From: Euprymna scolopes
Taxonomy: Eukaryota
Reading direction: 5' to 3' (one strand)
Assembly: GCA_053919585.1 (NCBI GenBank)
Contig: CM132807.1
DNA: 64,000 bases
The notes beneath the pieces were generated by a model. That model ran no database searches. It was given only the letters and a program-made list of their open reading frames with translations, and was not told the DNA's origin. The position numbers were made by a program, and so were the translations under genes. Of the stretch, positions 1 through 13,885 are shown piece after piece (positions within the stretch are counted from its first letter, which is position 1; every line of letters starts with the position of its first letter).

Positions 1-722
1 ATAATCTAAAAATATTCCGAGGCATAAATACATTTTTGCGAAATTTCAGAAAATCGGCTAGGCCGTTTTTTAGTCCATAGGAAACTAAATCACAAAACTG
101 TCACACACATACACACGGAAAAATACTTTTGTATAATAGTAAATATATTTTAGATAATTTATAGTAAATTACCCGTCCTTATAATTTAGATATTTCCATC
201 CAGTATAATTATACACATAGTGTATATCCTTATTCATAATGCCATTTCTTTTTTATGTGATTCAGTTTTCTTTACTGGTTCTTTTTTAAAGAACTGTTAA
301 TATATTGGTGATTAGTAAGATATCTAACTAATTACGTATATACCTATNNNNNNNNNNNNNNNNNNNNNNNNNNNNNNNNNNNNNNNNNNNNNNNNNNNNN
401 NNNNNNNNNNNNNNNNNNNNNNNNNNNNNNNNNNNNNNNNNNNNNNNNNNNNNNNNNNNNNNNNNNNNNNNNNNNNNNNNNNNNCCTAAAACTATTTATA
501 ATTCGCGCATTATATCCGTCATTATTTTCTTGTTCATTACAAAATTATGGAATTTTTTCCAACCTTACAACAATCATGATTATTTATTGTCCAAGTGTAT
601 CATGCTTTAAGAAACTAAGATAGTTCGATTCTGTATTTTAAACTCTTACTTTTATTTTATAATGGATTAGTAAATTATATTAACAAAGTCGTCAAAATCA
701 GTCATAAAAAAAGCATATTGCG

Positions 723-2061
723 TAGGCACCGCCAAAACTGGGAGGGCAGGTCAGTACTTTTTGACGGACCGTCTTTTTAAAAATCTACCAAAAATCAGGT
801 AATTATCCGATTAATACGAAATTTTCAGCGATTATTAGGAGAAGAATGAACTTTATAACGGTGTACTTATTTTTCATAAACGATATTTATATATATATAT
901 ATTTTTGCTTACAACCCCCCTTGTTTTGAAGTGGGAACAAATATGCTTAAAATAATCATCTGAAGCTGAAATCAACATATTGTGTTGTTGTAAGGGACAG
1001 AATTATAGATTCAAAAAAAAAAAAAAAAAAGTTTGCATACCTTATTTTGACGTCTGAATATCAGAACTTCGATTGTGTTTAATTATCCCGCTTTTGAGTT
1101 TTGAAGTGTGAAATTCGGTGAATATGTTAAGTAAAATAATTAATTTAAGTTAAGCAAAACAAAAAAAAAAATTTTTAATATTTATACGAAAAAAGCTATT
1201 TTAAAATTTTTGATAAATAAATTAACAATTTTTTTTTAGCGAGCCGAATAATGCATGACCATTATTAAACAGGGCATGCTTTGAATAATCGATACCAAAA
1301 AAAAAAATCGATAAATATTGTGCCCTTTGTGTTAAAAATAGCATCATTTTTTTCGATCCCGTTTGAAAACGTTTGCCGCCTTTCGACTACGGTGGACCAA
1401 ACGCACTGAAATAATTTTTTTTTATTCTGCTTTAAATTGCCCCCCCCATTTTGGGGAGCCTGGCCCCCACACACATACACATTAAAAACCAAACGTATAC
1501 AAATGGTCACCCATCTGGTACTGGCCAGCCTCAGCTTAATAATACATTGAAATTTTCGTCACTGAAAAATAAGTTTTTTTTGGCCTGTTTGGTCTTCCAT
1601 AGTTTTCTTATCATCAGACGAAAACGTAAACAGAGTCGATCTGAACTCTACGTCAACGCGAAATATCTGGTTACCTATATGAATAAGTGGAATTATTTGA
1701 AATTCAGGTACTTATATTATAATATTTTTGCATATTCTCTTAGAAAATCATCCTAAATCTTAGTTAGACCATAAATAAATTAATTAATTATTTCAAAAAC
1801 CCTTTTTTAAAAATATTTAAGTACGTTTTTTGTGCAAGACAAAAAATGTCAATTGTTAACTTTTTGGGAAAATTTAACATTTAAAATTGAATTAAAAATA
1901 GTAGAAAAAGTTTTACATTATTCTGTTTTCTATATGATAAAATTCAGGGTTTTATCTTTCTGGAAAAAAAAGTTACTCAGAAATAATGGATTTTAATAAA
2001 TGTAATTTCGTTTTAAAAAACAACAACAACTTGATTTTGCGGCCATTTTTGGCGGTGCCTA
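723..2061. mobile_element. Non-autonomous hAT DNA transposon (MITE-like, 1339 bp)
   Basis: Perfect 15-bp TIRs TAGGCACCGCCAAAA / TTTTGGCGGTGCCTA, flanked by the identical 8-bp TSD ATATTGCG (715-722 and 2062-2069). No transposase ORF inside. Confidence 0.9.
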
Positions 2062-2508
2062 ATATTGCGATATATTTATTCGAATTGTTTTCATTTTACA
2101 GATATTGGTATAATTGGTAAAACATCGCTCTTACGCGTAAGACAATGGGGAATTTGCCAACATTCTGATTGAAAATATTGATAACAGATTCTACAGAAAT
2201 TTTGTCATGCGGCTTCGTATCCACGTCTCGCTGTGCAGTTTGTCTGATGAATGAATACTATTTTAGGTTCTGTATATATACCAAAATATATCACAATCGA
2301 TTCGTCTTAAAATTTAGTAAAAAAANNNNNNNNNNNNNNNNNNNNNNNNNNNNNNNNNNNNNNNNNNNNNNNNNNNNNNNNNNNNNNNNNNNNNNNNNNN
2401 NNNNNNNNNNNNNNNNNNNNNNNNNNNNNNNNNNNNNNNNNNNNNNNNNNNNNNNNNNNNNNNNNNNNNNNNNNNNNNNNNNNNNNNNNNNNNNNNNNNN
2501 NNNNNNNN

Positions 2509-5500
2509 ATGGAGGTTATCGGAAACGAACTAAAAAGTATTGCACTTTCCAGTGACCACCCAGCGACAGAACTAAGAATTACGGACGAAACAAGACTGAC
2601 ACTCAAGAAAGGTTGTCTCTCTAAACTAGAACTAGCAGACATGCAGCGAAAAATAAATGATACTGAACAAGAACCCCCCCCCAACGGAACTGCCCGTAGA
2701 AAAAAAACACAAGTTGAAAAGTCGACAGTAAAAGCACCAAAGGTCCAGGAAGTACGACGAATGAAGACGACAAACGTTAAAACCGAGAACCATGAGACAG
2801 AACTACAGAGAATGAAGCAAATTAAATAAATAAAATAACACAGTTGATCAACGACGAAAAAACAACACTTCCAACGTTAAAGAACCAAGAGCAGAAGAAA
2901 TTAAAAACAGAAACAGAGAAGGTTAAGAAGGTCCTCCCACACATCCCAACAAACACAATCACAGACTTAAACAACCTCATTTACGCAGACGCCAAAATTG
3001 TAAGTATTAATCTCAAATAAGAAAAAAAAACAACCGGGGACAAGCGGACCGACAAAACCTGGATTGAAAATACGACTAGAAACCCAAATACAGAAACATA
3101 AAATAGAAACCAAATGATCAACAGGAAGAAAGCTATGTGGATGAAACAGAATATTGGAAATGTAACTGTCAGAGAGAGGATAAACAAGAAACATGAAGAA
3201 CTTGACCAAATAATAAAAGCAAAAGAAGCGAGATTAAGACGATATAGATATAAATCTGAAGAATACAAACAAAACAGAACATTTGAAACTAATGAAAGCC
3301 AATTCTACCAAAATGTGAACGGAGGAATAAAACCCATACAACTAAATCCGACAGAAACAAAACTCTACGGGAGTAAAATATGGGAAGAGCGACGAGATTA
3401 CAATAGAAATGCTGAATGTCTGAAAGACATGAAAGAAGAGTTACAACAAATCGAAGAAGGAACAGTGAATGAAATCAGCAAGGAAACCCTAAAGAAAATC
3501 ATAGGAAAAATGTCCAACTGGAGAGCACCAGGGTACGACGGGATAAATGCATATTGGTTAAAAAAAATCACAACTTACACGAAAGGCTAGCCCAACATCT
3601 GAGAAGTTGTAGACGGGAAGCAAACGTGCCAGACTGGATGACAAAAGGTAGAACCACACTGCTACAGAACGACACGGAGAAAGGAACCGTCCCCACGTGC
3701 CTACCCACCATGTGGAAGATACTGACAGCACAACTGATGGAACAAATGTACTACTATCTGAATAACCGTGTACTCATCCCCGAGGAACAGAAAGGATGCC
3801 AAAAATGGAAAAGAGGAACACATGATCTGCTATATGTTGACCAAAGATTCTAAAGGAGTTAAAAAGGAGGAGGAAAAAATTAGCCCTGGCATGGATCGAC
3901 TACAAAAAAGGGTACCACAGGATCCCCTTAGCATGGATAACAGCATGCCTCAAAATGTATAAAATACAAAGCGGGATCACCAAAGTAATAGAAAATGCAA
4001 TGAAAACATAGAGACTGGAACTGACAGCTGATGGGCAACACATTACAGAAATTAACATGCAAAGAGGCATATTATAAGGAGACACATTATCACCATTACT
4101 GTTCATCATAGCCACGATACTCTTGACTAGTATTCTGAGAAAGTGCCAAGCCGGATACATGTTCCGCAATACAGAGGAGAAAATAACCCACCTGATGTAC
4201 ACGAACGATGTGAAACTTTGTGCAAGGACCGAAAAGGAGCGAGATACATTAATTAACACTACCATGATCTTCAGCCAAGATATCCAAATGAAATTTGGAA
4301 TGGAAAAGTGCGCACTATAATTATAACAAAGGGAAAACTGGAAACGACGGAAGGCATGGATCTACCCAACCAAACAGAAATGAGGGCACTAGGGGAACAA
4401 GACGATTATAAATACTTGGGTATTCTGGAGCAGACACCATCAAAAGAACAGAAATGAAAGAGAAAATTGGAAAGGAATACCTCAGGAGAACAAGAAAACT
4501 CCTGGAAACGAAATTATATAGTAGAAACCTAATAAAAGGTATAAATACATGGGCAGTATCACTAGTAAGATACTCTGGAGCGTTTATAGGGTGGACAAAA
4601 GAAGGACTGAGGCAGCTCTATCAGAAAAGCAGGAAACTTATGACAATGCATAATGCACTACACCTAAAGGACGATATTGACAGACTCTACGTGAAAAGGA
4701 AAGACGGCGGGGGAGGACTGATCTTTATAGAAGACTGTGTGAAGGAGACAGAAAAAGAACTAGAAAAATACACAATGCAAAGCACTGAAGGCAACGAGAG
4801 ACACGGAGAAAACTAACCAAACAGAAAACAGAGAGACAAAAGACAAAACGAAAAAAGAGAACTGGGAAGAGAAACAACTCAACGGAAGATTCATAAGAAT
4901 GACAAAAGATGAGAATAACGAAAACACCTGGACATGGATGCGAAAAGGACATATAAACCGAGAAACTGTATCTCTAATAACTGTAGCACAAGATAAATCC
5001 ATAAGAAACAACCATATCAAAACAAGGATCGATAAAACACAAGATAACAGCAAATGCAGGTTCTGTGGACAAAGCGACGAACCGATAAACCATATAGTAA
5101 GTGAATGCAACTAACTGGGTATAAAGGAATACAAAAACAGGCATTACCAAGTTGGTAGGGCGGTGCACTGGGAATCGTGTAAGCGGCTGCATTTTGAGCG
5201 TATAGATTAATGGTACAAGCATAACCCCGCAACAGCACTCGAAAACGATAACCGCAAATTCCTATGGGACATGGATATACAAACGGACAACCCCATCCAA
5301 GCAAGAAAACCAGATGTCGTAATAATTACCAAGAAAGAGAAATCCTGGCAAATCGTAGACTTTGTTGTCCCAGATGACCATAGGGTGAGTATGAAAGAAT
5401 AGGAGAAACGAAGCAAATTCACAGAATTAGCTTGAGAGTTAAAAGGGATTGGGATGATGAAGACAATCAAAATAGTACCGATAATAGTAGGAGCACTAGG

Positions 5501-6050
5501 AACAATTCCGAAAAACCTGGAAAAAAGTATGGCAGAATTTGGAATCAGAGGAAAAGCTGGAAAAATACAACGCCTAACGATAATGAAAACGGCTTAAATA
5601 TTAAGGAAACCCCTGGAATACGGAGAATAACACAAGACAATAAAACGAAGAAGCGTTACAGGGAATGAAGAAAACTGAAGCTGCAGAACTACATGTTCTA
5701 CACCCCCATCATGCATCCCCTCCATTGTTTCACCACAGTTCCCCCAATAGAAAAAATCATCGAGCCGAGAAGAGTCAAGGAGGATGGAAAGACAGAGGGG
5801 GAGCACTGACCAGACATCTGCTGGACAAGTGTGAAGAGAACTGGGATCTTGGGGAGGCTTAGTGCCACTGAAATTCTAGTATAAACCAATGGCCACTGCC
5901 AGCGAGAAATCAATGGTAAGAGGCGGTTGCGATGATGCAAATTTATTTGCAAATTATATCGAAGGAGGAGGAGAGGGCTGGACGTCTGGGGAGACTTGTT
6001 GTCACTCAGCTTCCAGAGAACACCAGATGTCTCCAATCAGGTCGTATGTT
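2509..6050 (+). mobile_element. Decayed R4/Dong-like non-LTR retrotransposon (RT plus restriction-like endonuclease), frameshifted
   Basis: Consecutive ORF pieces give RT motifs (NWRAPGYDGINAYWLKK, PDWMTKGRTTL, TCLPTMWKILT, EEQKGC, AWIDYKK, GDTLSPLLF, HLMYTNDVKL, FGMEKC), then the CCHC knuckle CRFCGQSDEPINHIVSEC, RH, RKPDVVI..IVD and IVPIIVGALGTIP. The 5' end lies in an N-gap and the 3' boundary is approximate. Confidence 0.88.
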
Positions 6051-6929
6051 GACTTGTGTGNNNNNNNNNNNNNNNNNNNNNNNNNNNNNNNNNNNNNNNN
6101 NNNNNNNNNNNNNNNNNNNNNNNNNNNNNNNNNNNNNNNNNNNNNNNNNNNNNNNNNNNNNNNNNNNNNNNNNNNNNNNNNNNNNNNNNNNNNNNNNNNN
6201 NNNNNNNNNNNGAACCTACGAAAATTATATTAAGTGGAAATTATATCCGTGTAACGCTAAAATAATAAAAATAAAACAAAATATATTCCATATGTATAAT
6301 ATTTCCTTCCAATATCTGTGTTTGTCTTATCCATATTTTTTTAAATGTGTACTTATACTATTTGTTTTGAATGTAAATTGATGCGCAATACGCGCTTCGA
6401 TTGCCTCATTACATTTAAGATTACTCAAACCTAATTCTGTATGGACAATACACTCTTATATATATTTATAATGTTTAAGAGAATGCAAGATTAAATCCGA
6501 CGCTTTGGGTTTACGCATACAGAAGAGAAATAATTGTCAAGAATTGTAAACAAGAAAGTAATTATGTATATTATTGAAATTAGTGTACTAATCTTGTATT
6601 TATTTTCATAATGTTTCAGACAATGTGAGATCCGCATGTTTTCAGGTGTATATAATTGACCTCGGGAATCTTTGTCTGAAACTGAAAAATCTGGACGGAT
6701 TTTTTAACAGAACCATTTATGGAAAATATATGCGCACCATTCTCCTATTTCGTTATACATGACCGGATTAAACTATTAAAAAACGGAAATATAGTTTAAT
6801 TGTAAGGCGCAATGAGAATTGAATCTTAAACTGTCAGAACACTGTATTTTACAGCATAACATTCATTAACTAATTTATCTTGAATACAACGGCTCCTTGG
6901 AGAAAGAGTATACATAAAAACATAACAGC

Positions 6930-7495
6930 TGCTAAACTCCTGACTGACAAACAATATGGATTCAGGCAAGCCCGTTCAACAGCAGATATCTTAACTGTAG
7001 TTCCTGAACGTATATACCGTTCATTGGATAAAACAGGGGAGGGTAGAGCGGTGGTCCTTGATATATCTAAGGCTTTTGACAGGGTATGGCACGATGGTCT
7101 TCTAAGGAAAATTAGATCATATGGAATCACTGGAAGAATTCATAATGTAATTAACTCCTTCTTAAGTAATAGAAAAATCAAAGTTGTCCTCGACGGACAT
7201 ACATCCAAACAATATGACATAAATGCGGGAGTACCTCAGGGGTCTATCCTTGGACCTCTATTATTCCTGATAGTCATAAACGACCTCCCTGATAATATTG
7301 TTTCGGAGATTGGTATATTTGCCGATGACCCCACTCTCTGTAACAGATATGAGGGGAAAACAAATGAACACATATCCACGGAAATGGCAGAAACACTAGA
7401 GGATGACCTCCAATCTGTAGTGGAATGGGGACAAAAATGGTTGGTCACATTCAATGCTGCTAAGACTAAGCTTGTTTCCTTCAATAACTACAACC
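6930..7495 (+). pseudogene. CR1/Zenon-like LINE reverse transcriptase fragment
   Basis: Within ORF 6880-7569: QYGFRQARSTAD, LDISKAFDRVWHDGLL, GVPQGSILGPLLFLIVINDL, IFADD, WLVTFNAAKT. The ORF ends are unrelated flanking sequence. Confidence 0.88.
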
Positions 7496-7499
7496 TTCT

Positions 7500-7625
7500 C
7501 TACCACCAAATTTCTGTGAAAGCACTTCGAACATCTTCCATAGTCATGTCATTCCTGATGCGGTCGTGAACCCAAACAGCAGCACTTAAGCGCTCCTCAA
7601 CAGTAAATACACTGATGTCAGTCAT
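7500..7625 (-). pseudogene. N-terminal HTH fragment of a Tc1/mariner-type transposase (DUF4817-like)
   Basis: Minus strand reads MTDISVFTVEERLSAAVWVHDRIRNDMTMEDVRSAFTE, which resembles DUF4817-type transposase N-termini. It abuts the LINE fragment. Confidence 0.5.
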
Positions 7626-7998
7626 AACCTAAAAAAATAAATGAAATAAATTGTTTTAACAACATTAGAATATTAAAATCAATCATATTTAACAGCATTA
7701 AAATATTAAAAATAGAGTGTCCTNNNNNNNNNNNNNNNNNNNNNNNNNNNNNNNNNNNNNNNNNNNNNNNNNNNNNNNNNNNNNNNNNNNNNNNNNNNNN
7801 NNNNNNNNNNNNNNNNNNNNNNNNNNNNNNNNNNNNNNNNNNNNNNNNNNNNNNNNNNNNNNNNNNNNNNNNNNNNNNNNNNNNNNNNNNNNNNNNNNNN
7901 NNNNNNNNNNNNNNTGCACAAATAGAAAAACAACCATACACAAGTGTAGGGAGGAGGAATTTCGAGTAAAGAATTTAGGTAGGGAAACCATTCTGACC

Positions 7999-8053
<55 letters not shown>

Positions 8054-8111
8054 AATATATATATAATATATCTACAATAATATATATAAGATACATATTA
8101 AAAAGTATATA

Positions 8112-9741
8112 CAGTGATGATCATATTTATTGGCACGGTAAAATAAAAGTTAAATTTTGTCTAATAAATTCTAAAAAAGGGATTAAATTAAAGAAAATAA
8201 CAAAGTATATTATGTATTTTTACTGGCCTTTCCGATGCAGCAATCGGATTTTAGAAAAAATAAATAACAAAGGAACAACAAACATAATTGCAAAAAACCC
8301 TTGTTCAAATTTATTGGCACGATTTATTTAATAATCGATTGTATAGCCTTTGGCCTTGATTACCTTCCTCATTCGCTTTTCATAGCTTACAACCAAGTTG
8401 TTGCACTCTTCAGTAGTAATTTTAGCCAACTCTTCCTGACAATAATCCTCCAATTGAATAAGATTATTAGGCTTCCTTTGCATTACCCTCAATTTTAATG
8501 TTCTCCATAAATTTGCAATTGGATTAAGGTCTGGGCTTTGTGATGGCCACTCCAAAACATTAATATTATTGTCCTCAAGCCATTTCTTAGTCATTTTAGC
8601 CGAATGCTTTGGGTCATTATCTTGCATGAACCACCAACGACGACCAAGTGAGAGCTCTTTAGCAGGGTCTTTCAGGTTTTCATCCAATATTTTAACATAA
8701 TCTTCCTTTTTTATGCTACCTGTGACCTTAACAAGTCGCCCTGGTCCAGAGGCAGCAAAGGATCCCCAAAACATCAAACTGCCTCCACCGTGCTTCACTG
8801 TGGGTATGGTGTTCTTAGGCAGGAAAGCTTCGCCAGATTTTCTGTAAATATAAGACACTTTATTATGGCCAAATAACTCTATTTTCGTTTCGTCTGTCCA
8901 TAGAACACGTTTCCAGAATGCAACATCTTTATCAATATGACGTTTTGCAAAGGCTAGCCTTGCTTTCAGGTGCATAGGATTCAATAAGGGAGTCTTTCTC
9001 GGACGACATGCTTTTAAACGAGCTCTCTTCAAAACTCTACCAACTGTATGTCGAGATACATTCACTCCAGAGGTGCTCTGTTCATCAACAATCTCCCCAA
9101 CAGAGATCCTTGGGTTTTGTTTTACTTGTCGAACAATTTTCCGTTCATCTCTTGGGGAAAGAATCCTTTTTCTCCCTCTACCCTCTAAACCCATAACGTG
9201 GCCTTGCGATTTGAACTTGTTTATTATGGCTCTAACAGTGGATTTGGGAAGGTTTAGCTTCTTTGAAATCTTATCATAGCCCTCCCCATTGGTATGGCAT
9301 GCTAGAACAAGCTTCCTGACGTCTTCGCTGTGTTCCTTAGTTTTAACCATGGCGATTGAAAATTATAATTTAGTCACTTATAATAGTTTAAATAAATCGC
9401 TATCTAAAAATTATATGAAAAAAATTATTCACTGAATTAGCGTTAAACAAGCATAATATGGCTATAAAAAAGTTCAGAAAGCACGTAAACCGGAAATTGA
9501 TTGATATTATACTGATACTAAAAGAAAAACAAAGCCGTGCCAATAATTTTGAACAAGGGTTTTTTGCAATTATGTTTGTTGTTCCTTTGTTATTTATTTT
9601 TTCTAAAATCCGATTGCTGCATCGGAAAGGCCAGTTAAAAATACATAATATACTTTGTTATTTTCTTTAATTTAATCCCTTTTTTAGAATTTATTAGACA
9701 AAATTTAACTTTTATTTTACCGTGCCAATAAATATGATCAT

Positions 9742-9746
<5 letters not shown>
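8112..9746 (-). mobile_element. Full-length Tc1 transposon, IR/DR type, inserted in a TA tract
   Basis: ~210-bp inverted repeats (8112-8321 and 9536-9746) beginning CAGTG and flanked by TA. The internal direct repeat ATTTATTGGCACG sits at both ends of the left TIR. One transposase ORF lies between the TIRs. Confidence 0.95.
8328..9350 (-). CDS. Tc1 transposase, 340 aa, open frame but catalytic triad D,D(34)A
   Basis: Paired-like HTH N-terminus, GRGRKR linker, VLWTDETKIELFG, TVKHGGGSLMFWG, FMQDNDPKH, WPSQSPDLNPIANLW (canonical PIENLW). Confidence 0.93.
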   Translation of the reverse strand: MVKTKEHSEDVRKLVLACHTNGEGYDKISKKLNLPKSTVRAIINKFKSQGHVMGLEGRGRKRILSPRDERKIVRQVKQNPRISVGEIVDEQSTSGVNVSRHTVGRVLKRARLKACRPRKTPLLNPMHLKARLAFAKRHIDKDVAFWKRVLWTDETKIELFGHNKVSYIYRKSGEAFLPKNTIPTVKHGGGSLMFWGSFAASGPGRLVKVTGSIKKEDYVKILDENLKDPAKELSLGRRWWFMQDNDPKHSAKMTKKWLEDNNINVLEWPSQSPDLNPIANLWRTLKLRVMQRKPNNLIQLEDYCQEELAKITTEECNNLVVSYEKRMRKVIKAKGYTIDY

Positions 9747-9808
<62 letters not shown>

Positions 9809-10529
9809 TATATTAAGGCAGTATTTTTTCATTAAAGCAAATGTTATTAAATGAAACGGAGACACTTTCTATTATAATTCTTTTTTTTTTTAATTTTCGA
9901 TTTTCCGTGCCGTTTTTGTTTCTAAATCCAATATATTAATAAAAATTCCATAAGTGTTGTTGAGCCTTAATAAACTTAATAATAACATTAGTCAATTCCA
10001 CAATACAGGCTTTATTAATATATTTTATCAAAATCAAATTACATCTAAATTCAGAATCGAAGGAATCTCAATTAAAAATATCATGTCTAGATACTTGACG
10101 CCTTTTGACAGTGATTCTTAAATTACATTTTATATCTAATACAAGCAGTTCATAGCACAACATCTTGTGGTGATAAACACCTCTTCACCGCTATAGAAAC
10201 GTTGGAACAAACTAATGTAGTGTACAATACAATAACCCAAGCGAAGACTTTGGTCCAATACTATAAAACGTGCATTACACGTAATCATGTACGTGTGTAT
10301 TATTAATGCTTTAGTTACGNNNNNNNNNNNNNNNNNNNNNNNNNNNNNNNNNNNNNNNNNNNNNNNNNNNNNNNNNNNNNNNNNNNNNNNNNNNNNNNNN
10401 NNNNNNNNNNNNNNNNNNNNNNNNNNNNNNNNNNNNNNNNNNNNNNNNNNNNNNNNNNNNNNNNNNNNNNNNNNNNNNNNNNNNNNNNNNNNNNNNNNNT
10501 ATATATATATCTTATGTAAAAGCACACAA

Positions 10530-10564
<35 letters not shown>

Positions 10565-13500
10565 CTTTGTTGGTCATAGATATGTAATCTTTTAAATTGT
10601 ATCCCGTAACATGATAAGAAAAGTAGGAAAAAATAAAAAAAGAGTAAAGAGAAAAATAATATTGTATTTCATAACTAACAAAACATCAAAACGATATCTG
10701 ATTTTGGTACTTATCCTTTCCACCACGATATGAGAATTATTCGTTTTTTATACATACCAAATCAAGGAAAAGTCCATCTATCTCAGTATATTTTCTTACA
10801 GTGAAATGCCATTATTTTGCAGCTTTATTGTAATCTGGTAGATAGCATACACTCGTTGGCATTATTGATCGTAATTGATGGCTATAGGCGTTGCCGGCTT
10901 GTTCATCATGTTTGAGAACCTACGTCTATAGATGTGATGAATAGAATTCTCAGCATAATCATTTGAATGATGAAATGGCCGACGTTCGTTGAAGACACAA
11001 ATGTCCAAAGAGAGGTTGCATCAGGTCAAAATGAACGTAGGATTGTGACAACGTATACATCCCCAACACGCTACCTAACACACACGAACGTACACACGGT
11101 AGTCTCCTCTTACAGATACATACACCTATACTCTTGCGTAGAAATGAAATAAACCCCATTGGGAATAATATTTACAGCAAAACATTAAATGTGCACATAT
11201 ACAATGTATACACATCGATATAACGTCCTTGCTAAATCTCAAACAAAAGCTGAGATAAAGAAAGATCCAAAGCAAGTATATTATTGATAGTATATGCTTA
11301 TTCGTAAATAAAACAGCCGAAAATAGAATCCCATGTATTTGGACGCCATTAACTGATACACTACCCTTAAGGAAATATAGCTTTTCGAAACTTAAGACAT
11401 CCGTGATGTAATCGGAATATTGTATATCAAAAGTACGAACTGACTTAATGAATGCATGGTTTCGAAAACTCACAAAAATGTGCGTTCAAATTAAAATTGT
11501 ATTTAATTTTCCTAATTAGCTGATATTTATGCGGGAGAATATTTTTCTAAGTTTACATTTTTAATACTAAAATATATTTTACGTTATATATTGGATTACA
11601 TATAAGGTTATCACAAGAGATAACGAAACGAATTCTTACCCAATATAATAGTGCATAACACTGTGTTTTGGTGTGCATAGTACTACGTAAAAATTAAAGT
11701 CAATAACAGTTAAGGCTATATTTATAATGTGTGTATTCATAATATGTTTACCGTTTCTAATGAATGCATAATATTAATTTGGAACTAAGCAATATATCTA
11801 ATTATAAATATTATGCAAGTTTAATGCTACCTTTGATATTATTACGTGAAACAATCATATCAGTGGCAGATTCGGCTATCATTAAACCGAGGGAAATTAT
11901 TATATGTTCGGTTAACAATGTGTTTAATCTTTTTTAAATAAAACATTTCGATAAAAATGTACAATGACGTTTCAGTTAGCGCGGAGTGAAAATGCTTGAA
12001 AAATGCTCATGATAAAAAGTAGATATATTTTTGCACTTGCAATACTGAAAGTAACACTCATTATTAGTTCATACATTATATCAATCAGAGCATGCCGCAA
12101 TGAAAAGGGAATATTCAAAGTATATAAATATATAATTGTTTCAAATATAAATCAACTTTGCACTAGCAACATTTAGAACACAGATCTAGTGTTTAGTGGT
12201 TGACAAAAACTCAAGCAAGTCAAGTCATAACTTCTCATCAAAAGTGTTTTGAATTGAATTGTTTGGAATATGCTTTGGAGATACACATGTGATTAGCACA
12301 ACATCGATGTATTCATTGAAATGGTAGAATTTTGATCATAAGACATAGCATGAATGCATCAAATAAAAATAAAACTTAAGTAAAATATTATAAACGTTTA
12401 ACTTAAATAATAAAAAAATATTATAAACAAACAAAAAATAAAATAATATTGTATATAGTCTCAGACCTTACTTTAATGTGTCTAAATACATAAACCTAGG
12501 TTAAACAAAATATTTTTTTAAAAATAAGTCAAGATCCTTTTTAATTTGCCAAGTAAACATTAAACAATGAAATGGTTTTAGTAAGGTCGGTTAATTTATT
12601 AACAGTGCTTCTGTAAAGTAACAGTGCTTCTATTTTACTTTTCAGTTGAACAACCACGTACAAGCAGTTGCTTTTTTATATAATAGATGAACGAAACCAG
12701 AATTTTTCAATTCATACTTTATAGAAGCAGACAAAAATCCTTTACATTGTTTTCAACCTCAATTCAAGTGCAACGAAAGGACGCTCTTTATACAACATTC
12801 GTACTAATCTTACTAGTATGAACTAAAAAAAAAGGAAACGCTTAATACAAACGATACATCACAAATTTATCTGTTTATTCATGAATTCAAAACCAATGGC
12901 AGCCATTTTATATATTCCGTGGCCTATTTTATTCGTTTTTATTTTTATTTTCCACTCATCAATTTTATCGCCTTGGACAGCAGACAGCTTTTAAAAACAT
13001 CTATTGTACAAACAGAAGACAAGTAACACTGGCGTTTGATAATAACGGCGTCTTTACCAACGTTTTCGTCGTAGTCGTTCTCGGTCCCCATTCCCGTCAA
13101 TGGATGTGATTCAAACGGTTACTGAACCCATTTTGTTTCTATCTAGATAGCATTTCGTTAAAATTTACTTCCTAAGTTGTTTCTTAAAAATCGAATGCAG
13201 CTTTAACAACAGTAGGATAAATAGTGTTGTTTTTATTTCTAAAATCAGGAAAGATGAAAAGAGCCGCAAACATATAAAATGAAAAGAAGCGCAACCCTCA
13301 GAAAAACAAGAAAATATTCCCAACGCAAATAGCGATTTTTTTTTTAATTGATCACTATCTACAGTGCGCGTCCAAAAAGGAGAACATCTAGAGTCGAAGG
13401 CGAGAAATGGTTGACAAATGCCAGCGTTAGAAGGAGCAGAAAGAAAAACGTAATCTGATAAGATTGACGTCCTGCCCCATTGTGGTAGCGAGATACTTTT

Positions 13501-13614
13501 AAGCTAGTGTCGAGGCCGCAGGGTGTTGTTATTCTGATTACTGACGAAAGAAACAGTAAGAGAAAAAGAGCAGACATTTTTTTGAAAAGTGATGGTCATG
13601 CCTACGTATTTCTA

Positions 13615-13885
13615 AAACAGAAAAATCTGCATAGATTCCATGAACAAAACTTCTTTCTTAGAACTGGACGCCTGTGAAACTCTGTTCCGTCTGCCTGCTT
13701 CCCACCTGACTACAACTTGGATGTCTTCAAGTCCAACGTTAACAAATTCCTAATGAACCACCCCCTTAAGTAAACACTTCATCAAATCTCTACACTAACG
13801 TACTGTACTTGCAATAATCCTTATCCCTGAGTGGCTTCCGGGCCTTGATAAGTGGTGACCTTCGTGTAAAAAATAAAAATAAATA
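13615..13885 (+). mobile_element. CR1/Zenon-like LINE 3' end fragment
   Basis: Matches copies at 28849-29173, 36607-37185 and 43130-43400 (CTGCTTCCCACCTGACTACAAC...CCCTGAGTGGCTTCCGGGCCTTGATAAGTGGTGA plus an A-rich tail). Confidence 0.8.

Noticed and set aside
13020-13135. GC-richer patch, possible exon (MGTENDYDENVGKD on the minus strand)
   Set aside because: Too short, with no recognisable homology.
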